DNA from: Selaginella moellendorffii
Lineage: Eukaryota; Plantae; Lycopodiophyta
Length of the DNA: 64,000 nucleotides
NCBI RefSeq assembly: GCF_000143415.4
Contig: NW_003314316.1
Span: forward strand, 1,279,796-1,343,795
Reading direction: 5' to 3'
A model generated the notes under the pieces. That model was not told where the DNA came from. It did no database searches and saw nothing but the letters and a program-made list of their open reading frames with translations. A program made the position numbers and the translations under genes. Of this stretch, positions 12,842 to 26,949 are shown piece after piece (the stretch's first letter is position 1; each line of letters starts with the position of its first letter).

Positions 12842-14408
12842 GCTGCCTAAACCCTAATCTCGCCCAGGTGTAAGAATTATGAACCTAATGTAAAAAGGTA
12901 AAGTAGATTTCGTTTGACCATATATATGGTAGTACTAAATTTGCTGTCACTTATTTTCTAGGATAAGTTTGAAAATTAATTAACTATAAAATGGTGCTAG
13001 ATTATAAATTTAGATGTGATCATATGTTTAAAATAATTTCTATTAACAAATCTAAACACTTTCCTTAAATAGCTAATAAGCCTAAAATTGACCAAATGTA
13101 TCTTGGCAAATATAATAAATTATCACATAATGAATACTGAAAGGCTAAGCTTAATATCAAAGGGGTTCCTAATACTAGTAAATGTAATTTAATTATATAA
13201 ATTTCATATTAAATATGCTTTATTAAATGATAATTTAAGATATCATTCTTTTGTGCCCTTCTAAATTATTGTATACTGACTAGTCTCTTAACTAGTTTGG
13301 GTGGAAACTCTAGCAATATTAACTTCCTACTATCATGGTAATAAAAGAAAAATATCTAGAAAGATTGATAGATAGATTTTGATACCTACAATAACATTTG
13401 CAATAATGATACACCTCAAATAACTTTTTACATAGATTAAGTTCATGTTAATCATGTTAACTCCTTCCACTTTGTGCAAACATTTGTCCTTTAAGAAAAT
13501 CTTTTTATTTCCTAGAATTAATCTCCTCCTCTTACCTTATATGAAAACACATTTTGGGCTTTCACCCAGTCTTAGGAGTTTCTCTCTAGGACAATCACAA
13601 AAATCTATTAAATATAAAATGATGTTAGAATGTGAATTTGGATATGGGAACAACACTATTATGTTTAAGTTAATTTTTAAATCTGTAAATATGCCCACTT
13701 AACAAATCTAATCTCTGTTCATAAATATCCAATAGGACCAAATGAGACCAACACATAAAGAATGATATCAAGAGTATCTTGATAAACACAGTAAACTATC
13801 ACTTAGCAAATATGGAGGGACCAAGCTTGACATTATAAAAGTTCCCAATATTAGCAAGTGTAAGCCATCACACTCTAGGAGGCAACAAAAGCTCACTAAC
13901 AAGACTTAAGTTTGCCTTGGAATTTTTTATACAAAGCCAATAGCAATTTAGCCAACTTACCTCATGTCAAGGAGAACACCATATAAAGTTTGGTATGGCA
14001 TTAAACTGGATGTGAGTCTTTGCAAGTGGTGTTCAGGAACCACAAGGTTCAAAGATGATCATTAGTTGTCATCTTTAATGAGTCTAGGACATATACAACA
14101 CAAGATCTTTAACCATTGAAACAGTTTTCCTTGACTGAAGTCATAAGGGACAATTAGGGCACATATAATAGTGTAGCTGGAGGTGAGGATGGTGACAATG
14201 AAGGGAATTTAGTAGGATAACAAGGATGATGCATCAAGTGGGGATGGTGTTGGAGACAGCAACAATAGTGGATCCAGTTGGAGTGCCAATATGGCAAATC
14301 TATTGGTTGGGACCTTGAGCTACTAACAAGGAGGAAAGTCATAAGAATGAAGTTCCCCTTGGAAAGCATCAAGGATATGATCTAGAGGCAGAAAAGGTAG
14401 TGCTAAAT

Positions 14409-17400
14409 TGTTAGGCGCCAACTTTGACCACGTGGTCAACGTTGGTCAAAGGGAGGCTTAAGGATATATTAAAGCATGTTAGGGTGAGGAACCTCAAGAG
14501 GTGGCGTAACATAGTCTAGGGTGATTAGATTTTTGTCTTTTTGTGCTGGATCATAACATTGGTATCAGAGAAGTTGGTTGCAATGGTCGACCAAGCTGAA
14601 TGCTAGAATCCTATTGTCGATGGTGGTGCCGACGAAGCTGCAGAGATTTGGACCATTCAAGATGTGGTTCACGAGCTGTGAGCCCTTAATTGAAATCAGC
14701 AAGAGATGCAAGATGAGATGCATGGCATGATGGATACCATGCGTGGGCGTGTTGAGGCACTCGAGGTTGGACGGGGTAGCACTCCAAGTAAGCCTTCTTT
14801 GGTAGATCGACTCAAGATTCCAACCTTTTCTGGTGATGGTGGTGTGGACGAGTGTCTGGCTTGGCTAGCCAATGTGAATAAGTTCTTGGCTGCTAGGGGA
14901 ACTCCAGATGTAGAGGCTTTAGTGGCTATTCCAATGGTTTTGCGTGATGTGGGTCTTCGATGGTGGAATTGGCTTGAGGAGTCTCGTGTTGCAGATAAGA
15001 AACCACCAGTGTCTACTATGGATGAGTTTGAGGTTGCTTTCCATTTACGTTTTGCCTCTCATTACAACATGGAGAATGCTCGTACAGAACTTTAACATTT
15101 CCAGCAAGGGAAAATGACACTTGGGGACTATATTGAGAAGCTTACTTGCTTGATTAGTCATATTCCAACGAAGGATCCAGATCAAAACAAGTCTTACTTC
15201 ATTGATGGCCTATATAGTGAGAACATGTGGCAACACTTGCATCATTTTCAGCCTACAAAGAGTTTGGAGGAGCTCTTTGATGGGGCTCGTCGACTTGACA
15301 ATTACAAGCACAAGTCTTGCAAGCGTTCGTGGAGTCCTTCTATCGAGAATCATCGTGATGATCGCCATGGACACGAGGATAGGAACAAGTATCACAAGTT
15401 GAAGTCAGTGGTGACTACTTCGGATGCAAAGGGGTCCAAGAAGCAGAAGTTCTTTGTGAAGAATTATAGACAGGGTTGTCATCATTGCGGCGAACTTGGA
15501 CACTACAAGGCTGATTGTCCACAGTTGAAGAACAAGCAATAGGACAAGAAGAATGCCCAATCTTCTTCTCACCATAAGTTAGATACTAAAAAGTTACAAA
15601 CTTTGCAGCGTGAGGATGACGAGAATGACCATTCCGGTTAGAGGAAGAGACTTTCGATTGTTGCTCATCAGCTCAACTGTGTGTGGAACAAGATGGAGCT
15701 CGAGGATATGCGTGAATCAGCTTTAATGCTGGAGGGCGTGTTCCATGGCGATCCAGTGTGAATTTTACTGGATAGTGGGAGCGATGACAACTTTGTTTCG
15801 GCAAAGTTTGTTGCGGAGCATGGCCTGGTCACATGTGGAGTTCTTCCATACGCAGTGGAAGGTGCAGCTACCTCTGCTCAACATTTTGATGTTTGTGTCG
15901 AGGGGTTGGAAGTGTTGGTTGGCAAAATCACACTTGTGGAGACTTTTTATTTCGCGGATATCCATCGTGTGGATCTCATTCTTGGGATGCCATGGTTGGT
16001 GAAGGTGGATCCAGAGATAAAGTGGAGCATTAAGTGTATCTTGCTGAAGTATGGTGGCGTTAAAGATGTGTGGTTTGGCGAGGGCGTTCAACCATCAGTT
16101 GTTATACTCTCTACTACATCTTTGAAGCAGGTTTGTCATAATGAAAAGCACTTTCGAGTTACTTATTGTTTGTTCGTGACTTGGGGGCCTAAGGCACATG
16201 TGGGGAAGAAGCAGCAATATGGGACGTACTTGATGAGTTTTTTGATGTTTTTCCATTTGAACTTCCCCATGGGTTGCCTCCGTTACAAGGTGTGGAGCAT
16301 GGGATTACATTGGAGCCGGGGACGTGGCCAATTTACCGGCGTTCATTTCGGTTAAGTTATGCAGAGGAGCAAGAAGTTCAACAACAACTCAAGGAATTAC
16401 TTGGGTTTGGATTTATTCAGCCAAGTAAGTCCCCGTTTGGTGCTCCGGTCTTGTTTGTGAAGAAGAAGGACAATTCAATGCTAATGTGTATTAACTACCA
16501 CGCTTTGAACAAGAAGACAATAAAGGATAAGATGCCAATGCCACGTGTGGATGATATCCTAGACAAGCTTGGTGAAGCACGAGTGTTTACCAAGATTAAT
16601 CTGAGGAGTGGATATTATCAGATTGCAATGGATGATGCATCTATCTCCAAGACGGCATTCAACACAAACTTCGGACATTTTGAGTTTACAGTTATGCTGT
16701 TTGGTTTAATGAATGCACTGGCCACATTTACTCGATTGATGACGGAGGTATTTGGGCGTTATCTTCATGAGTTTGTGGAGATTTTCTTGGACAATACTCT
16801 TGTTTTAGCAAGAATATGGAGGAGCATAAGGTGCATTTGAGCAAGGTTCTTTTGTTACTCCGAGACAGCAAACTTTATACGAAGAAGAGCAAATATGAAT
16901 TTGCAAAGTTGAAGGTGGAATATCTAGGCCATATTGTGACATCTAAGGGTGTCAAGACGGATCCAAGGAAGGTGGCTGTGGTGGAAAACTGGCCTACACC
17001 GACTACAGTGGCCGAGTTATGCAGTTTTCTTGGTATGGCTAGTTACTACCGACGTTTCCAGCATAAGTTTGCCAAGGTGGCTATTCCTTTAACGCGGTTG
17101 TTACGCAAGAATGTGCCATTCGAGTGGAAGCAGCCACAAGACGAGAGTTTTGTGTCGCTGAAACGATTGTTGAGCGAGACTCCAGTGCTTTGGATTGCTG
17201 ATCCATCGAAACCTTACGAGGTGACATGCGATGTGAGTGGTTATGCACTGGGAGGAGTTCTCATGCAAGAAGGACAGCCTATTGCATATGAGAGTCGAAC
17301 TTTGAATTTCGCGGAGCAATGTTATTCCACATATAAGCAAGAGTTACTCTCTATTGTTCATGCTTTGCGGACGTGGCGGCACTATCTTTATGGTGCAGTG

Positions 17401-19210
17401 TTCGTGGTATTGACAAATCACAAACCAGTTGTGTATCTTTTCACACAGAAGGAGTTGAACACTAGGCAAGCTCGTTGGATGGTCAAACTCATAGAGTTTG
17501 GGAAGTTTCCTATTGAGCATCGTCCGGGAAAATCAAATGTGGTGGCTGATGCTTTATCTCTTGTTCGTCATGTGACAACGTTACAAACATGATTTTGTCA
17601 TCATTTGAGTAAAGTGGTCAGCGAGTTTGGGCAGTTGGTTGAGCATGCTCAGGCTCAGGATGCTAAGATGGCCTCTTTGTGAGACCAGATGGAAGCCCTT
17701 TTCTCCTTGGTGGATGGGATTCTCTACTACAATAGCTGTGTATATTTGCCACGGGTGGATGCATTACTTACTCAAGTTTTATTTCACTATCATGATCGTC
17801 TAGAGGCCGGTCATTTTGGGGGGAAGAAGACATATGAGTTGATTAAGCGCAACTTTTATTGGAGGAATATGAAGGCTGATATCCTCAAGTATTGTAAATC
17901 ATGCGAGCTTTGTCAGCGGGTTAAGGTGCCATAGGAGAAGCCAGGGGACTTTTGCAACTTTTACCTATTCCTCAGAGCCATTGGTGTAGTTATCTCTATG
18001 GGTTGTTTGCCACGAACACAAAGGCAAAAGGAGCAAGTATGGGTCATAGTGGATCGGTTGACGAAGTATGTGTAGTTGTTGGCTCTTAGGAAGACTCACT
18101 GGCTCAAACTTGGCTGCGGTTTACTTGGAGAAGGTTTTTCTTGATTTTGGTTTGCCAGAGGACATCATTAGTGATTGAGATTCAAAGTTCACTAGTGGAT
18201 TTTGGAAAAGCTTTGCAAAGGCTATGCGAGTGACTTTGAAACTCTCGAGTGGAGATCATCCTCAGACGGATGGGCAAACCAAGTGTATGAATCAGGTGGT
18301 GGATATGCTACGTTGTAGCATTGGTCAAAGGCAAGGACAGTGGGATCCATATCTTCCGTTGGTGCAATTTGCTTACAACAATAGCCAACACAATGGAACC
18401 AAGCTAAATCCTTACTTTGCCATGTTTGGAAGGCATCCTTGAACAACAGTGGAGTTGGGATTGCATTTGAGTAAGGACGTTCAACTTAAGCTTGATTCCG
18501 AAGCGATTGATTTGGCCACAGAACTTGATGAGATTCTGGTGGTGTGCAAACAGAATTTGCAAGCAGCTCAGGATAGAGTAGAGAAGTTTGCCAATAAGCA
18601 TCGCCAATTCTGGGAATATAAGGTCGATGATCTCGTCTTTGTGCGAGTGATCTTTCCGTCAAGTGAGCGGCAGAACACCTTGGTGCCTTTACGGACAGGG
18701 AAGAGTGATAAACTTTCTTATTGATATGCTGGTCCATATAAAGTGTTGGAGCACATTGGTAAAGCGGCTTATCGGGTGTGGCTGCTAGCTAGGGTGAAAA
18801 TTCATCTGGTATTTTATGTCAGCCAGTTGAAAGGTGTACTATCTCGGAGTGACAGGCCTAATGCCTCCTTGATGTATACGGCTGTGGAAGATGGCCCAAG
18901 AGCTTGAGTAGGGTTCCCTAGAAAGGGTGATCACCAGTCCTTGGGACAAGGACTTTGTTGGGGGGGAATTGTTAGGTGCCAACTTTGACCACATGGTCAA
19001 CGTCGGTCAAAAGGAGGCTCAAGGATAAATTAAGGCATGTTAGGGTGAAGAACCTCAAGAGGTGGCATGCCAACTTTGACCACGTGGTCAACACCGGTTA
19101 AAGGGAGGCTCAAGGATATATTAAGGCATGTTAGGGTGAGGAACCTCAAGAGGTGGCATAGCATAGTCTAGGGTGACATGATCTCTGTCTTTTTGTACCG
19201 GATCATAACA
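14409..19210 (+). mobile_element. Ty3/Gypsy LTR retrotransposon, family A copy 1 (full length, degenerate). 5' LTR 14409-14558, 3' LTR 18970-19210
   Basis: TG...CA LTRs, 5-bp TSD TAAAT (14404-08 and 19211-15), Met-i PBS TTGGTATCAGAG, G-rich PPT. Gag with CHHCGELGHYKADC knuckle, protease LLDSGSDDNF, RT, RNaseH and integrase in Gypsy order, with stops and frameshifts. Confidence 0.95.
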
Positions 19211-20095
19211 TAAATAGGATTCCATACAGGTAGATGGTGGGTGGCCTATTTTATTTCATAGGGAGTATTCCTAGCAAATCTTGACTTTCCATATCAAGGT
19301 GCTTGAAGGGAATAACAAATTATGTTTTGTGTTACACAAGATAAAAGCAATTTCAACTCAAGCTACTAGGATAACTCAAATGTGGATTGAGTAGGAGAAA
19401 TTGATAAGCAACTTCTAGATATGTCTTCAGTTTGGGCAATGCAATAGTCATATGGGGTAGCCTAGGGATGACACAAGTAACCAACGAGATCCTTTGACTC
19501 AAAACTTTGCTCCACTACTTGAACTGCAAGCAGGGAGAGGCAAATATTCTTAATTGTGACAATCAAGGAACCATTGTGTTGCCTACAAGTTCATGGGTTC
19601 ATAGCAAGACAAAGTATATCTAGCAAAAATGGTGGACATATTCATGAAGCAATGTTTGCACAACACACACAAGCTCTTGGGGTGCAGACAGCTTAGCTTA
19701 AGTGGGAATATTAAGGGATTGTTCCAACTTCCCTCAAGACAAGTTGACTCTAGCACTATCTCAAGAGCTCTGTGTGGGAGGGATCTTGGAGATAAGCTGC
19801 TCATCCATGGCTTTGAAAGATGCCCTATTGAGCTTGGGGAAAGTATAACAATGAGATAATTGTTGCAATCTTTGTAATGGCTTGTGAATCAAAAGATGCT
19901 AGATTTTTTATGATCTTGCATGACAGATTAGTGTCCGAGACCTTAGAGAAGTCGAAACCTCTTGCAATTTGGGCAAACACTCCAGATTTCCTAAGACCCA
20001 TTTTGTATATCCAAGGTGAGCACTATGTAGACCAGCAACAAAAGAAGCAGTGAACATCTTCTTGAGATATTGTACTTACTATATTTAAGTATTAA

Positions 20096-23000
20096 TGTAG
20101 CGCATGTGATCATGGGATGAGATTTGGATATACTGTCACCGTGAATCCTTGGAACCTTAGGGGATAAATAGGGATAAAATAGCCACTAAGGGCTCTCTTA
20201 TCAAGCAATTGCCCCTTTTTCAGTTGGCTTAAGGGGAGAGAGATAAAGTGCACTATAGTTGGTATCGGAGCAAATGGCATGGGTTTGATTCCCATTGATT
20301 AGTGGCTACTTAAAAATATAATATACCCTTAAGTAAGGTATATTCCTACCCGTAAATTTGAAATCGTACGTATTAGGCATCCATGCGTACATCCTTCCTT
20401 TTGTGTGGAGTATCTACGGACGAAAGTATCCACTATGGGACTGCGGTACGGGTGTGTTAGGCGCCACCTTTGACTACGTGGTCAACGTCGGTCAAAGGGA
20501 GGCTCAAGGGTATATTAAGGCATGTTAGGGTAAGGGACTTAACCTACCCTAGGGCTCACAGTGGAGTGGCGGCGTAGTGGAGCTTTTGAGGTAGCTCGGG
20601 GGTGGTTGGTGGTGAGGAACCTCAAGAGGTGGCGTAGCATAGTCTAGGGCAACTAGATCTTTGTCTTTTTGCGCCGGATCATAACATTGGTATCAGAGGA
20701 TTGGTTGTGATGGCCGACCAAGCTGAACGCTGGAATCCTATTGTCGATGGTGGTGCCGACGATGGTGCCGACGAAACTGCAGAGATTTGGAGCATTCAAG
20801 ATGTGGTTCATGAGCTGCGAGCCCTTAATCGAAATCAGCAAGAGATGCAAGACGAGATGCATGGCATGATGGATACCATGCGTGGGCGTGTTGAGGCACT
20901 CGAGGCTGGACGGGGTAGCACTCCAAGTAAGCCTTCTTTGGTAGATCGACTCAAGATTCCAACCTTTTTCGGTGATGGTGGTGTGGACAAGTGTTTCGCT
21001 TGGCTAGCCAATGTGAAGAAGTTCTTGGCTGCTAGAGGAACTCTAAATGCAAAGGCTTTAGTGGCTATTCCAATGGTTTTGCGTGATGCGGGTCTTCGAT
21101 GGTGGAATTGGCTTGAGGAGTCCCGTGTTGCAAATAAGAAACCACCAGTGTCTACCATGGATGAGTTTGAGGTTGCTTTTCATTTACGTTTTCCCCCTCA
21201 TTACAACATGGAGAATGCTCGTATAGAACTTTGACATTTCCAGCAAGGGAAAATGACACTCGGGGACTATATTGAGAAGCTTACTTGCTTGATTAATTGT
21301 GTTCCAACGAAGGATCCAGATCAGAAAAAGTCCTACTTCATTGATGGCCTATATAGTGAGAACATGCGGTAACACTTGCATCATTTTCAGCCTACAAAGA
21401 GTTTGGAGGAGCTCTTTGATGCGGCTCGTCGACTTGACAATGACAAGCACAAGTCTCACAAGCGTTCGCGGAGTCCTTCTGTCGAGAATCATCGTAATGA
21501 TCGCCGTGGACACAAGGATAAAATGCCGATGCCACGTGTGGATGATATCCTGGACAAGCTTGGTGAAGCACAAGTGTTTACCAAGATTGATCTGAGGAGT
21601 GGATATCATCAGATTGCAATGGATGATGCATCTATCTCCAAGACAGCATTCAACACAAGTTTCGGACATTTTGAGTTTACAGTTATGCCGTTTGGCTTGA
21701 CGAATGCACCAGCCACATTTACTCTGTTGATGACGGAGGTATTTGGGTGTTATCTTCATGAGTTTGTGGAGATTTTCTTGGACAATATTCTTGTTTTTAG
21801 CAAAAATATGGAGGAGCATAGGGTGCATTTGCGCAAGGTTCTTTTGTTACTTCGCGACAGCAAACTTTATGCGAAGAAGAGCAAATGTGAATTTGCAAAG
21901 TCGAAGGTGGAATATCTAGGCCATATTGTGACATCTAAGAGTGTCAAGACGGATCCAAGGAAGATGGCTGTGGTGGAAAACTGGCCTACACTGACTACAG
22001 TGGCTGAGTTGCGCAGTTTTCTTGGTATGGCTAGTTACTACCGACGTTTCCAGCATAAGTTTGCAGAGGTGGCTATTCCTTTGACGCGGTTGTTACGCAA
22101 GAATGTGCCATTCGAGTGGAAGAAGCCACAAGACGAGAGTTTTGTGGCGCTGAAACGATTGTTGAGCGAGACTCCAGTGCTTCGCATTGCTGATCCATCG
22201 AAACCTTACGAGGTGACATGCGATGCGAGTGGTTATGCACTGGGAGGAGTTCTCATGCAAGAGGGACAGCCTATTGCATATGAGAGTCGAACTTTGAATT
22301 TCGCGGAGCAACGCTATTCCACATATGAGCAAGAGTTACTCTCTATTGTTCATGTTTTGCGGACGTGGCTGCACTATCTTTATGGGGCAGTGTTCGTGGT
22401 GTTGACAGATCACAAACCAGTTGTGTATCTTTTCACACAGAAGGAGTTGAACACTAGGCAAGCTCGTTGGATGGTCAAACTCATGGAGTTTGGGGAGTTT
22501 CCTATTGAGCATCGTCCGGGAAAATCAAATGTGGTGGCGGATGCTTTATCTCGTGTTCGTCATGTGACAACATTATGAACACGATTTTATCATCATTTGA
22601 GTAAGGTGGTCAGCGAGTTTGGGCAATTGGTTGAGCATGCTCAGGCTCAGGATGCTGCGGTGGCCTCTTTGCGAGCCTAGATGGAAGCCCCTTTCTCATT
22701 GGTGGATGGGATTCTCTACTACAATGGCCGTGCATATTTGCCACAGGTGGATGCATTAATTACTCAAGTTTTATTCCACTATCATGATCGTCCAGAGGCC
22801 GGTCATTTTGGGGGGAAGAAGACGTATGAGTTGATTAAACGCAACTTTTATTGGAGGAATATAAAGGCTAATATCCTCAAGTATTGTAAATCATGCGAGC
22901 TTTGTCAGTGGGTTAAGGTGCCACAGGAGAAGCCGGGGGGACTTTTGCAACCTTTACCTATTCCTCAGAGCCATTGGTGTAGTATCTCTATGGACTTCAT

Positions 23001-24340
23001 CACTTGTTTGCCACGAACACAGAGGCAAAAGGAGCAAGTATGGGTAATAGTGGATCGGTTGACGAAGTATGTGCGGTTGTTGGCTCTTCAGAAGACTGTC
23101 ACTGCCTCAGACTTGGCTGCGGTTTACTTGGAGAAGGTTTTTCCTGATTTTGGTTTGCCGGAAGACATCATTAGTGATCGAGATTCAAAGTTCACCAGTG
23201 AATTTTGGAAAAGCTTTGCAAAGGCTATGCAAGTGACTTTGAAACTCTCGAGTGGAGATCATCCTCAGACGGATGGGCAAACTGAGCGTGTGAATCAGGT
23301 GGTGGAGGATATGCTACATTGTAGCATTGGTCAAAGGCAAGGACAGTGGGATCTATATCTTCCATTAGTGCAATTTTCTTACAACAATAGCCAACACAGT
23401 GGAACCAAGCTAAATCCTTACTTTGCCATGTTTGGAAGGCATCTTCGAACAACGGTGGAGTTGGGATTGCATTTGAGTAAGGACGTTCAACTTAAGCTTG
23501 ATTCCGAGGCAACTGATCTGGCCACAGAACTTGATGAGATTCTGGTGGTGTGCAAACGGAATTTACAAGTAGCTCAGGACAGAGCGGAGAAGTTTGCCAA
23601 TGAGCATTGCCAATTCCAGGAATATAAGGTGGGTGATCTCGTTTTTGTGCGAGTGATCTTTTCGTCAAGTGAGCGACAGAACACCTTGGTGCCTTTACGG
23701 ACAGGGAAAAGTGATAAACTCTCCCATCGATATGCTGGTCCATATGAAGTGCTGGAGCGCATTGGTAAAGCGGCTTATCAGGTGTGGCTGCCAACTAGGG
23801 TGAAAATTCATCCGGTATTTTATGTCAGCCAGTTGAAAAGTGTACTATCTCATAGTGACGGGCATAATGCCTCCTTGATGTATACAGCTGTGGAAGATGG
23901 ACCAGGAGCTTGAGCAGGATTCCCCAGAAAGGGTGATCAGCGGTACAACTTGTCCTTGGGACAAGGACGTTGTTGGGGGGGAAGAATTGTTAGGCGCCAG
24001 CTTTGACTACGTGGTCAACTTCGGTCAAAAGGAGGCTCAAGGGTATATTAAGGCATGTTAGGGTAAGGGATTTAACCTACCCTAGGGCTCACAGTGGAGC
24101 GGCGGTGCAGTGGAGCTTTTGAGGTAGCTCGGGGGTGGTTGGGTAGTGAGGAATCTCAAGAGGTGGCATAGGGCAACTAGATCTTTGTCTTTTTGCGCCG
24201 GATCATAACAGGGTGGATGATTAATTACTTCACATGGAATAATTGGTTTACACAATGGAAGGATTGGTAAATTCAGTGCGGAAATGGAGGTGCTGGTTCC
24301 CCTTGGCTCAGTAGGGGTTGTAGTCAATAGTCAATAAGGA
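20096..24340 (+). repeat. ~480-bp dispersed repeat (20096-20454 + 24216-~24340), split by Gypsy A2; contains a PBS-like TGGTATCGGAGC
   Basis: Reverse-complement homology to ~24590-25011 and to ~44110-44345. It is absent from the paralogous region 7940-8010. Confidence 0.55.
20455..24210 (+). mobile_element. Ty3/Gypsy family A copy 2 with an internal deletion. 5' LTR 20455-20686, 3' LTR 23988-24210
   Basis: TSD GGGTG (20450-54 and 24211-15), PBS TTGGTATCAGAG. RT/RNaseH ORF 21376-22578 and integrase ORF 22681-23913. Zinc knuckle and protease are missing. Confidence 0.95.
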
Positions 24341-24589
24341 CAAGTTTGGCATCATTCATTCATTCTCCAAAAAAGCTTAATCTGATCTATCTTTGGAAAG
24401 GATAAAAATTAAATGTTTCAATTTTGAAACCAATGCCAAGATTCTGGAATGCCTTAAGCACTACTAGGTTTTTATTGACAAAATAAAAAAAGGAAGAGAC
24501 ATAACTAACAGCCATGGTGATAAAGCCTGTTGGAGAAGTAATCTATAAATCCAATAATTTGATCGCTCAACTAATCAAACCTTTACTAA

Positions 24590-25011
24590 CATCAACCTCT
24601 AACAACCTCTACTGAGCTAGAATTTACCAATCCTTCCATTATGTAAACCAATTATTCTATATGAAACAATTAATTATCCACCTGTGTTGCATGTGGATCA
24701 ATCTTTCATCCATAGATGCTTTATAAAAGGAAGAATATAGATATCCAATACTTACAATTTCAAATTTAAGGGTAGGAATATATATTGCTCAAGGGTATGT
24801 TATATTTTAAGTAGCAACTAATGAATGGGAATCAAATTTGTGTCATTTGCTTCGATACCACAATCTCTCTCCCCTTAAACTAACTGAAAAAGAAACAATT
24901 ACTTGATGAGAGAGTCTTTAATGGTTATTTTGTCCCCATTTATTCTCTAAGGTTCCAAGAATTTATAATGACCATATATTCAAATATCATCCTATAATCA
25001 TATGTAGTACA
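24590..25011 (-). repeat. Second, inverted and more AT-eroded copy of the ~480-bp repeat
   Basis: The reverse complement of ...CTAAGGTTCCAAGAATTTATAATGACCATATATTCAAATATCATCCTATAATCATATGTAGTACA matches TGTAGCGCATGTGATCATGGGATGAGATTTGGATATA...CTTGGAACCTTAG at 20096. Confidence 0.7.
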
Positions 25012-25058
25012 ATATATATTTACTATTTTAAATCTTTGTGACACTCAATTAAATCTAG

Positions 25059-25074
25059 ACACACACACACACAC

Positions 25075-25109
<35 letters not shown>
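25059..25109. repeat. Compound (CA)n/(TA)n microsatellite
   Basis: Directly visible in the sequence. Confidence 0.95.
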
Positions 25110-25110
<1 letters not shown>

Positions 25111-26140
25111 GAGTTATTACCCAACACCATCACAAGCCATCTCCACTCTTGATGCAAACTTATTTTGGAATAATATCAAAACAAAAAAAAATTGAATTCC
25201 ACTTTGAAAGAAGAATTGAGGAAATAATTATAAAGATGTGCTTCCTCAAAGGAAATTATCAAATTCGTTAAGGGAATTATCAGATCCAAGTGACATAGTA
25301 GTGAGTATCCACAGCAAAAAGTTCAATATCAATACCAGTCAACACTTTACATGTGATATGTGTCATAACACCTTTTCTCACCCTACCTCCCATTGGCTGA
25401 GAGTGTAAGACGTGGTTAACAAAATAACCCTTTGACAATTACCCCCCATTGGACGGCAGGATGGCTGCCATAGGCTGGATCCAGTGGCCCAGAAAATTTG
25501 GCAACTCTTTATTTTTATAAATTTCCTATAGATTTGGCATCAACTCATATAACATTGACAGCTTGTTGCTTGGACGACAATTATTAGTTGGGAAATGGTA
25601 CAATCCTCAAGGTGTCTTCAGATACAAAAACGAAGATCCTTTATATTTCCAAAGGCCTACCAGATTCAGTCCGACTGCACTTGCGTCCTGTTTCTCCAGG
25701 ATGACAAGAACGGGATAACTGGAGGTGAGTGCTGATCCATTTCCAGTCTCTCATGTGAGCCTCCCACTACTGTCATCAAGGGCCTGAAACATACACGAAT
25801 TTTCTTGTCTGATTAAAGTATGATTCCCATGCCTTAGGGCGGGGTTCCATGCTCCACCCTGGGGGGAAAATTTCCAGGGGGGGGAAATAAAACCCTGGGT
25901 TCCATGCCCCCCCTGGTGACATGGCACCAAAAATGGGGGGGAAGGGGGGAACCCGGTGTCCCCTCCGTAAATTTCTCCCAGAGCCTGGAACCCGGTAAAA
26001 TACACAAATAAAATAATGCCATGTGGCTAAATTGCCACATCATCTAAAAATTTGGCCTGCCCTAATTTTGTGAGCATGCGAGTTCTTGGAGGGTTTTGGG
26101 GGGGATTTTTGCAGTGATTTGAGAAGGAAGTTTGTAAAAA

Positions 26141-26948
26141 ATGGAGAATTGCTCACCCTCACCTCATCCATGGTTGCAATTTGGCTCTTATTCTAGTTCA
26201 TCAATAGCTCAAACTCATGTAAGTATGAAATTTTGTAATTCTAGAATTTTGCTTATTTTTCTTAATGTCCAGGGAGGAGAGGGCTCTTCTTTTAGTGCTA
26301 GCATGGGATCTATGCCAAATGCAGCTATGATCCAGGTACTTTTCATTTTCTCTTTGGTTTTTTTCTTTTGTTTAATAATGGTTTTTAGCCTGGCATTCCT
26401 ACATTCAACCCGATAATTGGATTTGTTCCAAGTATCCCTACAATGCAAGCTAACTTCAATTCATCGAGCCAGGTATTTTTTTCCAATTGTTTTCCTACTT
26501 TGTGTTGAATGCATTTTTGCAATAGCAAGGATTTCATGGTGGGGGAATTGGAAATTCCTCTTTCACAACTTTATTATCACTACCTCCTCCAGGAACTAGC
26601 TCTTTTGATGGAGCAACAAGTATTCCAGAGGTACAATAAATATTATTTATGTTTATTTTTTGATTTCACAACTTGTTTTCCCAGAATGAACCAACTTTGA
26701 ATGATGAACAAAAAGGAAAATGGTCTACTGATGAAAATATGGCTCTTCAATATGCAAAGAGGATGGAAAAAGAGAAGGATCGAGAAGGCGGTGGCCGTAG
26801 AAAATCGATGAAAGGACCAGAGAAGTGGCAACACATTTCCGGCATCTTACGTTCACAGGGATTTCATCACACACAAATGCAATGTGAGTCACAATGGGAT
26901 GAGCTTGTGGATGACCGGTATAAGAACCCTAGCCTGCATCATGGTTAA
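26141..26948 (+). CDS. Harbinger Myb/SANT-like DNA-binding protein (spliced, possibly degenerate)
   Basis: Last exon GKWSTDENMALQYAK...EKWQHISGILRSQGFHHTQMQCESQWDEL has the trihelix/Myb W pattern. Several short GT-AG introns lie upstream. Confidence 0.7.
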
Positions 26949-26949
26949 A

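Larger units (their letters stand above)
12374..25830 (+). repeat. Segmental duplicate of ~5207-9045 (VPS18 5' end, AT-rich spacer, Copia remnant, kinase upstream region), expanded by TE insertions
   Basis: Collinear homology: 12960-13750 with 5830-6650, 13900-14400 with 6650-7070, 19215-20090 with 7072-7940, 24370-24580 with 8070-8610, and 25555-25830 with 8766-9030. Confidence 0.85.
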
